Shown: positions 1-8,460 of the stretch, in pieces
Layout: each line of letters starts with the position of its first letter
Position numbering within the stretch: position 1 is the first letter of the stretch
Source: a virus
Taxonomy: Duplodnaviria > Caudoviricetes
DNA: 24,199 nt
Reading direction: 5' to 3' (one strand)
Virus record (IMG/VR): IMGVR_UViG_3300024279_000014
Coordinates: 1-24,199 of that record
Made by a program: the position numbers and the translations under genes
The notes under the pieces: model-generated
The model's input: the letters and a program-made list of their open reading frames with translations, nothing else
What the model was told of the DNA's origin: nothing
Databases searched by the model: none

Positions 1-822
1 AAGATCGAGCGGATAGCGGCGGATCTGGCGGGCGCCTACGGTATTCAGGTGACGACGGAGCGCGATACAGGCCCGGCGATCGCGCACGCGATCGATCAGG
101 GCGAAACCGCTTTCGAGTCAATCGACCGCATGCTGAAACTGCGGCAACTGCTCGCGACGGACGATGCGCTCGGGCGTCTGGTGTTTATTGATGTCGGCTC
201 GGCGGGCACGGCGAAGACGTCGCTGAAGCTTGGCGACAACATCAAGAGCGCCGATGCGCCGCTCGACTACAAGGACGTCTATACCGAGTACATCTGCAAG
301 GGTCAGCGCGCGGGCACCGACGACGACTTCGGCGACACGGTCGCGAGCGAGTCGGCAGCGCTGACGGATACCAGTGTGCTCAGCCGCCGGCGCGTGCTGC
401 TCAAGAAGTCGAGCGGGCAGTGTGATGGCGGCACGGCAGCGCAGCGCGTCAAGTACGAGCAGGCGCACCGCAAAGCCAAGGCACTGGAGACGACATACAC
501 GGTGCAGGGCTGGCGGCAGGCCGACGGGACGCTGTGGCGCCACAACATGTTCGTTCGTGTGATCGATCCAGTGATCGGCTTCGACGACGAATTCGTCATC
601 TCCGAGATCACGTACTCGCTGGGCGAGGACGGAATGGTCGCGAAAGTTCAGGTTGGTCCGAAGGACGGCTACGTCAACAGCCCGGCGAAGAAGACGAAGA
701 AGCAGGGTGGCGGATCTGGCGGTGATGAGTGGAAGGACGTGACGCCCGCCGATAGCAAGGCGCCGAAGGTCAACAACAAGGCCGTTGCCGACGCGACGGG
801 CTGGAAGGACGTGAAACGCTGA
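1..822 (+). CDS. Mu gp44-like baseplate hub / tail protein (5' truncated by window)
   Basis: Frame is open from base 1. Contains YTVQGWRQADGTLW and ISEITYSLGEDG motifs typical of Mu P/gp44. First gene of the gp44-gp48 series. Confidence 0.85.
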   Translation, partial: KIERIAADLAGAYGIQVTTERDTGPAIAHAIDQGETAFESIDRMLKLRQLLATDDALGRLVFIDVGSAGTAKTSLKLGDNIKSADAPLDYKDVYTEYICKGQRAGTDDDFGDTVASESAALTDTSVLSRRRVLLKKSSGQCDGGTAAQRVKYEQAHRKAKALETTYTVQGWRQADGTLWRHNMFVRVIDPVIGFDDEFVISEITYSLGEDGMVAKVQVGPKDGYVNSPAKKTKKQGGGSGGDEWKDVTPADSKAPKVNNKAVADATGWKDVKR

Positions 823-1340
823 TGGATGCCCGTGCACTCGGAAAGCTGACGGCGCCGCTCGCGCGCGCCATTCAGAACATGCTCGTGCGCGGCACGGTAG
901 CGCTTACGACGGCCTCGACGAAGATGCAAACGCTGCAGGTCAAGCTGCTCGAAGGGGATACGCCGCTGCCGCTGGAGCACTTCGAGCCGTACGGCTTCAC
1001 CAGCCGCCCGAAGCAGGGCGCTGAGGTTGTGGCCGCGTTCTTCGACGGAAACCGGTCGCATGGCGTCGTGATCATCGCTGCAGACCGCCGTTTTCGGCTC
1101 ACGACGCTGGAGGACGGTGATGTCGCGATGTTCGACGACAAGGGCCAGTCGATCGTGCTGGGCGCCGACGGGATCACGATCACCGGCAATGTGAAGGTGA
1201 TCGGCAGCATCACGGCAACCGAAGGCATTCACGGGCAGGGCAACATCGTCATCGACGGCACAGCGTCCATTACCGGCGATGCAACGATCGGTTCTAAGTC
1301 GTTCCTCGGTCACACGAACGGCGGCTTGCACGTCGACTAA
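822..1340 (+). CDS. Mu gp45-like baseplate assembly protein V / central spike
   Basis: EHFEPYGFTSRP, GNRSHGVVIIAADRRFR and GDVAMFDDKGQ motifs, followed by beta-helix-like repeats (ITGNVKVIGSITA). TGATG coupling to the upstream gene. Confidence 0.9.
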   Translation: MDARALGKLTAPLARAIQNMLVRGTVALTTASTKMQTLQVKLLEGDTPLPLEHFEPYGFTSRPKQGAEVVAAFFDGNRSHGVVIIAADRRFRLTTLEDGDVAMFDDKGQSIVLGADGITITGNVKVIGSITATEGIHGQGNIVIDGTASITGDATIGSKSFLGHTNGGLHVD

Positions 1341-1360
1341 AACTCTCTCTTGAGGCGCCG

Positions 1361-1801
1361 ATGCCTAGTTATGCGCAGGACGTACCGCTGTACGTCAATG
1401 GCGTCGAATCGTCGTTGCTCGCGGAAACGAACCCGCTCGTGCGCGCGGCGATCATCTCGCTGTTCACGTGGCGTCGCGCCGAGCCCGACGATGTGGTCGA
1501 CGACACGAAGTGGGGCTGGTGGGGCGATAACGTGTCGGCGGTTGACGGCGACAAGATCGGCTCGCGGCTATGGCTGCTTGCGCGAGAGAAGCTGACGCAA
1601 GACACGATGAATCGCGCGGTTCAGTACGCGCAGGAAGCGCTCGCGTGGTTCGTCGAAGATGGCGTCGCCTCGCGCGTGACGGTCACTGCCCAGCGCATTC
1701 AGGTCAGTGGGATGGGCCTGACGGCGACGATTTACCGAGTGAATCAACCGCCGCTCGAACTGCGGTTCTCAGACGTTTGGAGTCTCATCAACAATGTTTA
1801 A
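1361..1801 (+). CDS. Mu gp46-like baseplate protein
   Basis: ISLFTWRRA, GWWGD, IGSRLWLLAREK and YAQEALAW motifs; GAGG RBS. Confidence 0.92.
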   Translation: MPSYAQDVPLYVNGVESSLLAETNPLVRAAIISLFTWRRAEPDDVVDDTKWGWWGDNVSAVDGDKIGSRLWLLAREKLTQDTMNRAVQYAQEALAWFVEDGVASRVTVTAQRIQVSGMGLTATIYRVNQPPLELRFSDVWSLINNV

Positions 1802-2846
1802 CCGCCCGGCGCTTACCGATATTGTCGCGCGCACGCGCGGCGACCTGCTGACGCGTCTGACGCAGGACGAACTGCTTCGCCGCGCGGATGCGGAAGTCAA
1901 CACGCGCGTGCTGGCGGGCGCGTCGCACGAGATCCACGGATACCTCGACTGGATCTCGCTGCAGATCATCTATGACACAGCCGACGACGAGCTGCTCGTG
2001 CGCTGGGCGTCCATCTGGAACGTCAATCGGAAGGATGCGCAGTTCGCTAGCGGAAACGTGCTTGTCACGGGCACGGCAGGCGAAACCATTGCGGCTGGCA
2101 CTGTGCTCAAGCGCGGAGACGGTGCTCTGTTTGACGTGACTGCCGATACGGTGCTTGGCGCGTCGGCTACGGCGGTACCGGTTGAAGCCGAGATCGCGGG
2201 CGCGGCCGGCAACACCGACGCCGGCGTGCAGATGACGTTCCTGAACACGATCGCGAACGTGCAGTCTGTCGTCGTCGTGGATACGAACAAACTGGTGAAC
2301 GGCTCGGACATCGAGTCAATTCCCGATCTGCGCGCGCGGCTGCTCGAGCGGATCCAGAATCCGCCGAGTGGTGGCGCGGCGGAAGACTACGTTGCGTGGG
2401 CGCTTGAAGTGCCGGGCGTCACGCGCGCGTGGGTCTATCCGAAAGAGATGGGCGCGGGCACGGTAACAGTGCGCTTCGTTCGCGACAATGACCCGTCGAT
2501 CATTCCGGACGCTGGCGAGGTCGCCGCCGTGAAGGCGTACATCGAAGATCCGTCGCGGCGGCCGGTTACCGCCGATCTGTACGTGGTCGCGCCGACTCCT
2601 GTCACGCTGAATTTCAATATCCAGCTCACGCCGAACACGGCAGCCGTCAAAGCGGCGGTAGAGGCATCGCTGCGCGACCTCTTACTGCGCGAGGCCGCGC
2701 CCGGCGTCACGCTGCTGATCAGTCATATCCGCGAGGCAATCAGCGTAGCGGCCGGCGAGACCGACAACGTGCTGATCTCGCCTACGACGAACCAGGTCTA
2801 CACGACGGGCCAGATGCCGGTATTCGGGGAGATCACATGGGCGTAA
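1794..2846 (+). CDS. Baseplate J-like protein (Mu gp47)
   Basis: GSDIES-LRARLL and PPSGGAAEDYVAWALEVPGVTRAWV motifs; synteny with gp46 and gp48. Confidence 0.93.
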   Translation: MFNRPALTDIVARTRGDLLTRLTQDELLRRADAEVNTRVLAGASHEIHGYLDWISLQIIYDTADDELLVRWASIWNVNRKDAQFASGNVLVTGTAGETIAAGTVLKRGDGALFDVTADTVLGASATAVPVEAEIAGAAGNTDAGVQMTFLNTIANVQSVVVVDTNKLVNGSDIESIPDLRARLLERIQNPPSGGAAEDYVAWALEVPGVTRAWVYPKEMGAGTVTVRFVRDNDPSIIPDAGEVAAVKAYIEDPSRRPVTADLYVVAPTPVTLNFNIQLTPNTAAVKAAVEASLRDLLLREAAPGVTLLISHIREAISVAAGETDNVLISPTTNQVYTTGQMPVFGEITWA

Positions 2847-3430
2847 GCGCTGACGCATATCGCGAGCACCTTCAGGATCTCTCGCCGCAGGGTCCGGCGT
2901 GGCCGCGCGAGTCCGACGCGTTCACGACACGCCAGCTCGACGCGTGGGCGCAGGAGTTCGCGCGCATCGACGCGCGCATCGACGCGCTGATCGAAGAGGC
3001 TGATCCTCGCACCGCATTGGAGTTGCTACCCGATTGGGAGCGTTTATTCGGCCTTCCGGATGAGTGCTACCCGGCATCGCAGACGATCGCAGAGCGTCGC
3101 GCGCGGCTGCTGCAAAAGATCGCATTTCAGGGCGGGCAGTCGCCGCAGTTCTTTATTGATCTGCTCGCGGCGCTCGGATACCCGGGCGTGACGATTACCG
3201 AGTTCAGGCCGTTCAAGGCAAACAGCAAATGCAACGCTCCGCTCAATCAGGGCGGGTGGCGATTCGCCTGGCGCATCAACGTGCCGAGCACCGCAACGGC
3301 GAAACGCTTCAATGCGGTGAGCCGCTGCAACGAGCCGCTTACGACTTTCGGTGATCCCGGTTTGGCGTGCGTGCTTGCGCGTTATGCGCCTGCGCACACA
3401 GTTCTATTTATCGCATACGGAGAGGCCTAA
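2837..3430 (+). CDS. Mu gp48-like / YmfQ (DUF2313) baseplate wedge protein
   Basis: PQGPAW, EADPRTALELLPDWER, GGQSPQFFI and PAHT motifs. Confidence 0.92.
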   Translation: MGVSADAYREHLQDLSPQGPAWPRESDAFTTRQLDAWAQEFARIDARIDALIEEADPRTALELLPDWERLFGLPDECYPASQTIAERRARLLQKIAFQGGQSPQFFIDLLAALGYPGVTITEFRPFKANSKCNAPLNQGGWRFAWRINVPSTATAKRFNAVSRCNEPLTTFGDPGLACVLARYAPAHTVLFIAYGEA

Positions 3431-4392
3431 TGCGCCGCATTTCCACAGCAACGCGAGTCATCGACAAGTTCGGTGCGGGCAAAGATGGTTTCACGAACGG
3501 CGATGCCGTATCGGGCCTTCCGGCGACCGATCTCGAGGACGTCTTTTTCGATCACGTTCAAGAAGAAATCGCGAACGTGGTTGAAGGCGCTGGCATCACG
3601 CTCGACGGAGCGAACCGTGCCCAGTTGCTCGCTGCGATTCAGGCGATGTTCGCTCCCGTCATCGGTTCTGCCCGCAACGTCAAAATGTTGGTTTCGGCAG
3701 CGAGCGCATCTGGGACGCTTACTGCTGACGAGATTACTGTAGGCACTGCGCTGGGCGGAAAGAAGTTTCTGCTTGCCAACTTCAATAAGACCATCAATCT
3801 CGCGACGACTGGCGCTGGCGGGATGGATACGGGTGCGGCGCCAGTATCGGGATATGTCGCAATATATGCGATTTACAATCCTGCGACGCAAACCAGCGCG
3901 CTGCTGGCGAAGAATGCAACGAGTTCGGTCCAGACAGAAGTTTATAGCGGTGCCAATATGCCGGGCGGTTATACGGCGTCGGCACTGCTCGCAGTGTGGC
4001 CTACGAATGGCAGTTCGCAACTTGTACAGGGGTCTGCCCAAGACCGCACATTTAGCCGGTTGTTTGTGCAGGTATTGAGTTCTTCGTCAACGCCTGCCAC
4101 ATTTACTGCTTTGAGTATTAGCAATGCGGTCCCGCCGAATGCAAAATCAATTGCGGGATCGATGACGTTTAATACCGGCGCCACGGCGGCGACTAGTGTT
4201 ATGTATGTTGCTGGCGACAGTAACGGTCTGAATCGTGAATTGGTGCAATTTACCAATAACGGAAGCACGACTACCAGTTGGAGTGCGCCTTTCAATATCC
4301 AGATAACGACACCGCAGACAATGTATTGGTCATCGACCGTTACCGCGGGGACAACCACGTTCTCAATTGAAGTCACGCGTTATTCAATATAG
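3430..4392 (+). CDS. Tail fibre protein (320 aa)
   Basis: Start reassigned to ATG 3430 (TAATG coupling, GAGG RBS). N-terminal DKFGAGKDGFTNGD...VQEEIANVVE anchor of Mu-type fibres; Ser/Thr-rich, more AT-rich C-terminal part. Confidence 0.85.
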   Translation: MRRISTATRVIDKFGAGKDGFTNGDAVSGLPATDLEDVFFDHVQEEIANVVEGAGITLDGANRAQLLAAIQAMFAPVIGSARNVKMLVSAASASGTLTADEITVGTALGGKKFLLANFNKTINLATTGAGGMDTGAAPVSGYVAIYAIYNPATQTSALLAKNATSSVQTEVYSGANMPGGYTASALLAVWPTNGSSQLVQGSAQDRTFSRLFVQVLSSSSTPATFTALSISNAVPPNAKSIAGSMTFNTGATAATSVMYVAGDSNGLNRELVQFTNNGSTTTSWSAPFNIQITTPQTMYWSSTVTAGTTTFSIEVTRYSI

Positions 4393-4403
4393 ATGGGACA
4401 TTC

Positions 4404-4595
4404 ATGACAACAACTATCTACGTGCAGTTTGCAGACGCTACAGAGCAATCGATTATTTCCTACTTTGGTTGCCCGCAGGACGCCACGGTCTACCCGAATC
4501 AGGGCGCGATCTCATCGACAGATAGCCGGTGGGCGACGTTTTATGACGCCTTTCCCGCTGCTACACAAAAGTCCCTGCCAACGCCTGGGGCATAG
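4404..4595 (+). CDS. Small tail-fibre-associated protein (63 aa)
   Basis: Lies immediately after the fibre gene with a GGGA RBS. Function is inferred from position only. Confidence 0.6.
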   Translation: MTTTIYVQFADATEQSIISYFGCPQDATVYPNQGAISSTDSRWATFYDAFPAATQKSLPTPGA

Positions 4596-4685
4596 GCGGG
4601 CAGTAGTAGGGTGGGTAACCGTCTTGCCGCAAGCATGGCGTTCATCGGACGCTGTAAAATACCCTGCTGTTCCGGAGGGGATCGA

Positions 4686-5807
4686 ATGAAGAAACTTGAC
4701 AGCCTCACTGCACTGCGATTTTTCGCAGCCGCTTCCATTGTCATTGAGCATAGCCGGAATGGGTTCCAGTCAATGGATTGGATTCCGATATTTCATTATG
4801 ATTATGGAGTCAGTTTCTTCTTCGTGCTGTCGGGGTTCATTCTCTGTTACGCGTACCGCAGTTTTGATGGCGCGCCAAGCGTGCGCGATTTCTATGTCGC
4901 ACGGATTGCGCGGATATGGCCGCTTCATCTCTTCATGTTGTGTGTCTACCTGATGTTGGTTCCGAAGTCGGGTTGGTCGCCGGGTTGGGGCGGCGGGTAC
5001 CATGCGGCGATAATTTTTTCAAATGCCCTGATGATTCACGCATGGATACCAATATCGGCATTTTTCTTCGGGTTAAACGCGGTGTCGTGGAGTATCTCAG
5101 CTGAGGCATTCTTCTACTTGATGTTTCCTGTTTTGCGCAATCGCTGGGCGCAAACTTGGCACTGGAAATCTCTTTTAGTGCTATCTGCTTCATGTGCGAT
5201 TCTGCTCATCTCGACAGCATATGGAGTAAAGCCGCTCAACCCATCTGATCCGTGGGCGATTTCATCCGAGGGCATCGGATATATATCACCCCTAGTCCGC
5301 ATTATCGAATTTGTAATGGGTATGCTGGTCTCAAACGCGTACGTAGCTATCCAAAGCCGAAAATTACCTGAAAGCGTGGCTATGTGGACGGTGATCGAGG
5401 TGGGCGCCCTGGCGTTGGTGGTACTGACCGATCGTTTAGTTGGGCATTCTTATGCGTCGCCGTGGTCTGTATTCTGTCTTGAATCCGCTGACGCTCCAGC
5501 ATTCGCTTTCGTCGTTTTGGTTTTCTCGGTCGGCAACGGCTTGATCTCCAGATTAATTTCTACGCGACCGCTAGTGCTTCTAGGGGAGTCGAGTTTCGCG
5601 CTGTACCTGCTCCATCTTGTTCTCTACAGGGTGTTCGACACGCATAGACAACTCTTTACTGTTCCCGATGCGGTGCTCTGCATCGGATACTGGGCGACGG
5701 CAATCGGGGTTTCTCTGCTGCTGTGGCGTTTCGTCGAAACCCCGGCGAGGGATTGGATACGGAATCGGGCGCGGCGCGAAGTCGTTCCAACATCGGCGGC
5801 GATTTAG
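4686..5807 (+). CDS. Acyltransferase family 3 (OafA/Oac-like O-acetyltransferase), moron
   Basis: Start MKKLDSL at 4686 after GGAGGGG. Motifs DSLTALRFFAA, GVSFFFVLSGF, RIARIWPLH, WSISAEAFFY, LGESSFALYLLH, FVETP. Many TM segments; more AT-rich than the tail genes. Confidence 0.9.
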   Translation: MKKLDSLTALRFFAAASIVIEHSRNGFQSMDWIPIFHYDYGVSFFFVLSGFILCYAYRSFDGAPSVRDFYVARIARIWPLHLFMLCVYLMLVPKSGWSPGWGGGYHAAIIFSNALMIHAWIPISAFFFGLNAVSWSISAEAFFYLMFPVLRNRWAQTWHWKSLLVLSASCAILLISTAYGVKPLNPSDPWAISSEGIGYISPLVRIIEFVMGMLVSNAYVAIQSRKLPESVAMWTVIEVGALALVVLTDRLVGHSYASPWSVFCLESADAPAFAFVVLVFSVGNGLISRLISTRPLVLLGESSFALYLLHLVLYRVFDTHRQLFTVPDAVLCIGYWATAIGVSLLLWRFVETPARDWIRNRARREVVPTSAAI

Positions 5808-6511
5808 AACCTGACCTTCATCTCGATCACATCCGCATCATTCCAGAGCGGCGGGATGTCACGCTGGTTGCTGTTGATCGACATGAAGTAGTGCCGATAC
5901 GAAAGGGTGAAGCGGCCGTTGCCGACGGATGCGCCGACAACTGGTGCAACGGACCAGTATGAGTCGGACACGTGCAGGTTTTGCGGCGCGCCGCTGCCCA
6001 CTACCTGCCAGCCGGCGATGTCTTCCGACCAGCTGTCGCGGTGCACGTATGCGCCCGCTTCGGCGCCGACTCGCACGCCGTTGATCCAGTAGTACGGCTC
6101 GAAGGTCAGGGCGACGCCTTGCGAGCGGCCGTCCCCGGTGAAGAAAGCCGTTGGAACGCCAGTCTTGTTGACGTAGGTGTGCGACTTCGCGTTGTAGTTT
6201 TCGTCCATCGGCGTGCACGAGCAATCGGCCGCAGCACGCCCGAGATTGACGTACTCGGCGTGCCAGTCGATGCCCCATTTGCCGCGCGAGATGACGGGGC
6301 CGGTGAAGCCCAAAGAGAACGCCGGTGGCTTGCTGGTCAGGTTCGAACCGCCCGGGATGCCTTGCTGCTGCCAGCGGCCGTCGACGGTGTTGTAGTGCGC
6401 CGCGCCGATACCGATCTCGGCCTGCACATAGTCGTTGATGTAATCAGCATGCGCCTCGGTTGATAGGGCGAGCGAAACCCCCACGGCGAGTGCCGTGATA
6501 TGCTTTTTCAT
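5804..6511 (-). CDS. Exported outer-membrane beta-barrel protein (235 aa)
   Basis: Start MKKHITAL at 6511 after GAGGA. Signal peptide ends in AHA; amphipathic strands (WHAEYVNLG, VGAEAGAY, FTLSYRHY); C-terminal MKVRF beta-signal with terminal Phe. Confidence 0.75.
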   Translation of the reverse strand: MKKHITALAVGVSLALSTEAHADYINDYVQAEIGIGAAHYNTVDGRWQQQGIPGGSNLTSKPPAFSLGFTGPVISRGKWGIDWHAEYVNLGRAAADCSCTPMDENYNAKSHTYVNKTGVPTAFFTGDGRSQGVALTFEPYYWINGVRVGAEAGAYVHRDSWSEDIAGWQVVGSGAPQNLHVSDSYWSVAPVVGASVGNGRFTLSYRHYFMSINSNQRDIPPLWNDADVIEMKVRF

Positions 6512-6555
6512 GATTCGTTTCCTCAACTTCGCGGGTGTGGACTCGGGTCAATCAG

Positions 6556-6584
6556 CGCCCCGACGGTTGCAGCCGTTCGGGGCG
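6556..6584. other. GC-rich stem-loop in the 5' leader of the beta-barrel gene
   Basis: CGCCCCGA-CGG-TTGCAG-CCG-T-TCGGGGCG inverted repeat. Confidence 0.65.
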
Positions 6585-6596
6585 TTTCTAATTTGT

Positions 6597-6677
6597 GCCT
6601 TCATAATGAAGGTGTTGATATGATCATAGGACGCCTCCATGATGAAGGCAAGCGGTTTGTGCTTTCATGATGAAGGT
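6597..6677. promoter_or_regulatory. Three 17-bp palindromic operators (consensus GCCTTCATnATGAAGGy), probable Arc-family binding sites
   Basis: GCCTTCATAATGAAGGT 6597-6613, GCCTCCATGATGAAGGC 6633-6649 and GCTTTCATGATGAAGGT 6661-6677, lying between divergent genes. Confidence 0.8.
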
Positions 6678-6691
6678 GCTAGGATTGGTTA

Positions 6692-6916
6692 ATGGCTACC
6701 TCCCTAGACCAATCTGACTTCATCAAGACGGCGCTTCGCTTGCCGCGCGAGCTTCATGCACGCGTACAGGTTTCCGCCGAGTCACATGGTGCGTCGATCA
6801 ACACGGAAATCATTCAGTTATTGCTGAAGGCACTCGACGGACAGACCGTTGAGTTAGGGGACAAGTCGCTCGACGAAATAGAAGCTCGAATGAAGAGAGC
6901 CATGAAGCACAAATAA
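6692..6916 (+). CDS. Arc/Mnt-family ribbon-helix-helix DNA-binding protein
   Basis: KTALRLPRELHARV-SA-SINTEIIQLL is the Arc-type RHH pattern. Confidence 0.88.
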   Translation: MATSLDQSDFIKTALRLPRELHARVQVSAESHGASINTEIIQLLLKALDGQTVELGDKSLDEIEARMKRAMKHK

Positions 6917-6917
6917 G

Positions 6918-6940
6918 AACCGCCGAAAGGCGGTTTTTTT
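6918..6940 (+). terminator. Intrinsic terminator
   Basis: AACCGCC-GAAA-GGCGGTT followed by a T run. Confidence 0.88.
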
Positions 6941-6962
6941 ACGCCTACACAAATCGACCATC

Positions 6963-6984
6963 AACCGCCTTCGGGCGGTTTTTT
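6963..6984 (+). terminator. Second intrinsic terminator upstream of holin
   Basis: AACCGCC-TTCG-GGCGGTT-TTTT. Confidence 0.85.
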
Positions 6985-7001
6985 CGTTAACGGGGAATCG
7001 G

Positions 7002-7232
7002 ATGAAAGCAAGCCCAACCGAGGCAGCGAGCTATGCAGGAAGCGCGGTAGCGATGGCCTCATCGCTGACGCTGACGGACGTAGGCGTGATTGTCGGTATC
7101 GCTACGGCGGCCCTGACGTTCCTGTTGAACGCGTACTTCATGCGGCGCAAGGACGCGCGCGAGCAGCGTGAATCCGATGCGCGTCTGCGCGAGATCGACA
7201 GCCACATTCACGGACACGGGGCTGCGCAATGA
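7002..7232 (+). CDS. Holin
   Basis: 76 aa with a TM segment (VGVIVGIATAALTFLLNAYF) and a charged C-terminus; overlaps the endolysin start. Confidence 0.8.
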   Translation: MKASPTEAASYAGSAVAMASSLTLTDVGVIVGIATAALTFLLNAYFMRRKDAREQRESDARLREIDSHIHGHGAAQ

Positions 7233-7681
7233 ACGTCGCTCTGCTCGAAGCGGAATTACGCCGCGATGAAGGCGTGCGTGATCGTCCATACCTGGACACC
7301 GCGAAGAATCCAAAGCGCACCGTCGGTGTCGGCCACAACATGGACGCCTCGCCGCTGCCCGCAAGCTGGACGTTTCCGCTGTCTCCCTCGCAGATACAGC
7401 AGCTGCTCGACAAGGACATCGCGGACACGTTCCACCAGCTCGACGTCAGTCTGCCGTGGTGGCGCGAGCTCGACGAAGTGCGAGAGCGCGTTGTCGCGAA
7501 CATGTGCTTCAACCTTGGTATTTCCAAGCTGCTGACGTTCAAGAAAGCGCTTGCCGCGATGGAGCGGGGCGCGTGGCTGGTCGCGGCGGCCGAGATGAAG
7601 GATTCCGACTGGTACGGGCAGGTCGGCGCGCGCGCCGTGCGCCTATGTCGCGCAATGCAAACCGGTGTCATGCCCGCATAA
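7229..7681 (+). CDS. Endolysin, T4-lysozyme-like muramidase
   Basis: LRRDEG-R-PYLDT-TVGVGHN catalytic E/D/T region; NMCFNLG and DSDWYGQVGARA motifs. Confidence 0.92.
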   Translation: MNVALLEAELRRDEGVRDRPYLDTAKNPKRTVGVGHNMDASPLPASWTFPLSPSQIQQLLDKDIADTFHQLDVSLPWWRELDEVRERVVANMCFNLGISKLLTFKKALAAMERGAWLVAAAEMKDSDWYGQVGARAVRLCRAMQTGVMPA

Positions 7682-7687
7682 ACCAAA

Positions 7688-7708
7688 GGCCCGCTTCGGC
7701 GGGTTTTT
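7688..7708 (+). terminator. Intrinsic terminator after endolysin
   Basis: GGCCCGC-TTCG-GCGGGTT-TTT. Confidence 0.8.
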
Positions 7709-7729
7709 CATTTACAAAGGAGTGTTCTC

Positions 7730-7948
7730 ATGAATCAGACGTCTCCCGCCGCGACCGGAACAGCCGTCACGGCGACCGCAGGCCTCGTTGCTGCGCTCGC
7801 ATGGGTCAACAACCATTACGGCCTCGGCTTGACCGCGCAGGATCAGGTGTCCATCGCCGGCGGCATCGTCGCCGGTATCCACTGGCTCGCGCAGCAGTAC
7901 GCCACTCGCGGCACCGTGAAGAATCCCGTAGTCACCGCCCAGCAGTAA
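7730..7948 (+). CDS. Small membrane protein (holin-like, 72 aa)
   Basis: AAGGAG RBS; two hydrophobic segments; located in the lysis cassette. Confidence 0.7.
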   Translation: MNQTSPAATGTAVTATAGLVAALAWVNNHYGLGLTAQDQVSIAGGIVAGIHWLAQQYATRGTVKNPVVTAQQ

Positions 7949-7986
7949 TCCCTCGCCGAATCCTCGGCAACCGCAAAGGAATCGTC

Positions 7987-8460
7987 ATGAAACGTATGCT
8001 GCGTATCGCGGCAGGCTTGGCCCTGTCCGCTTGTGTTATCGCCTTCGCTGGCTGCAAAAACCTTCCCACGGTTCAGCAGACCTTCTCGACGGCATGCCCG
8101 ATCATCGCGAACGATCTTCAGGTCGTCGCCGACTCGCCGCTCGTGAGCGCGGACGATCAAGCGAAGCTGAATAAGGACGTGATCCCGAAGGCGAAGGCGA
8201 TCTGCACCGCCGGCGGCCAGTTGAATGTCACCAACCTGAAGGCGTTCCACGACAGCCTGCTGCCGATGGCCGTCATGATCGTGCAGGCCGTACCGATGCT
8301 GCCGGATCAGACGTTGATCCTGCTCGCGCTGCAGACCTTCGGGCCTCTCGTGCAGCAGCAGGTCGACATGCTCATCACTGCGGTGACGACACCCGCTTCG
8401 GCACCAACTGCCGCGTCAGCGCCGGCGGCCGCCGCATCCGACGGAGCGGCGACGCAATGA
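7987..8460 (+). CDS. Lipoprotein (157 aa)
   Basis: AAGGA RBS; MKRMLRIAAGLALSACVIAFAG-C lipobox; Ala/Pro-rich tail. The true start is internal to the 334-aa track ORF. Confidence 0.75.
   Translation: MKRMLRIAAGLALSACVIAFAGCKNLPTVQQTFSTACPIIANDLQVVADSPLVSADDQAKLNKDVIPKAKAICTAGGQLNVTNLKAFHDSLLPMAVMIVQAVPMLPDQTLILLALQTFGPLVQQQVDMLITAVTTPASAPTAASAPAAAASDGAATQ

Noticed and set aside
2960-2987. GCGCGCATCGAC tandem repeat
   Set aside because: Two in-frame copies encoding ARID-ARID in a helical segment; an ordinary coding repeat.
3430-4595. Invertible tail-fibre cassette or DGR target
   Set aside because: No invertase, inverted fibre copy, reverse transcriptase or template repeat is seen in the window.
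7456-7986. N-terminal extension of the 334-aa track ORF
   Set aside because: It overlaps the endolysin, a terminator and the 72-aa gene, with junk composition; the RBS and lipoprotein signal mark the start at 7987.
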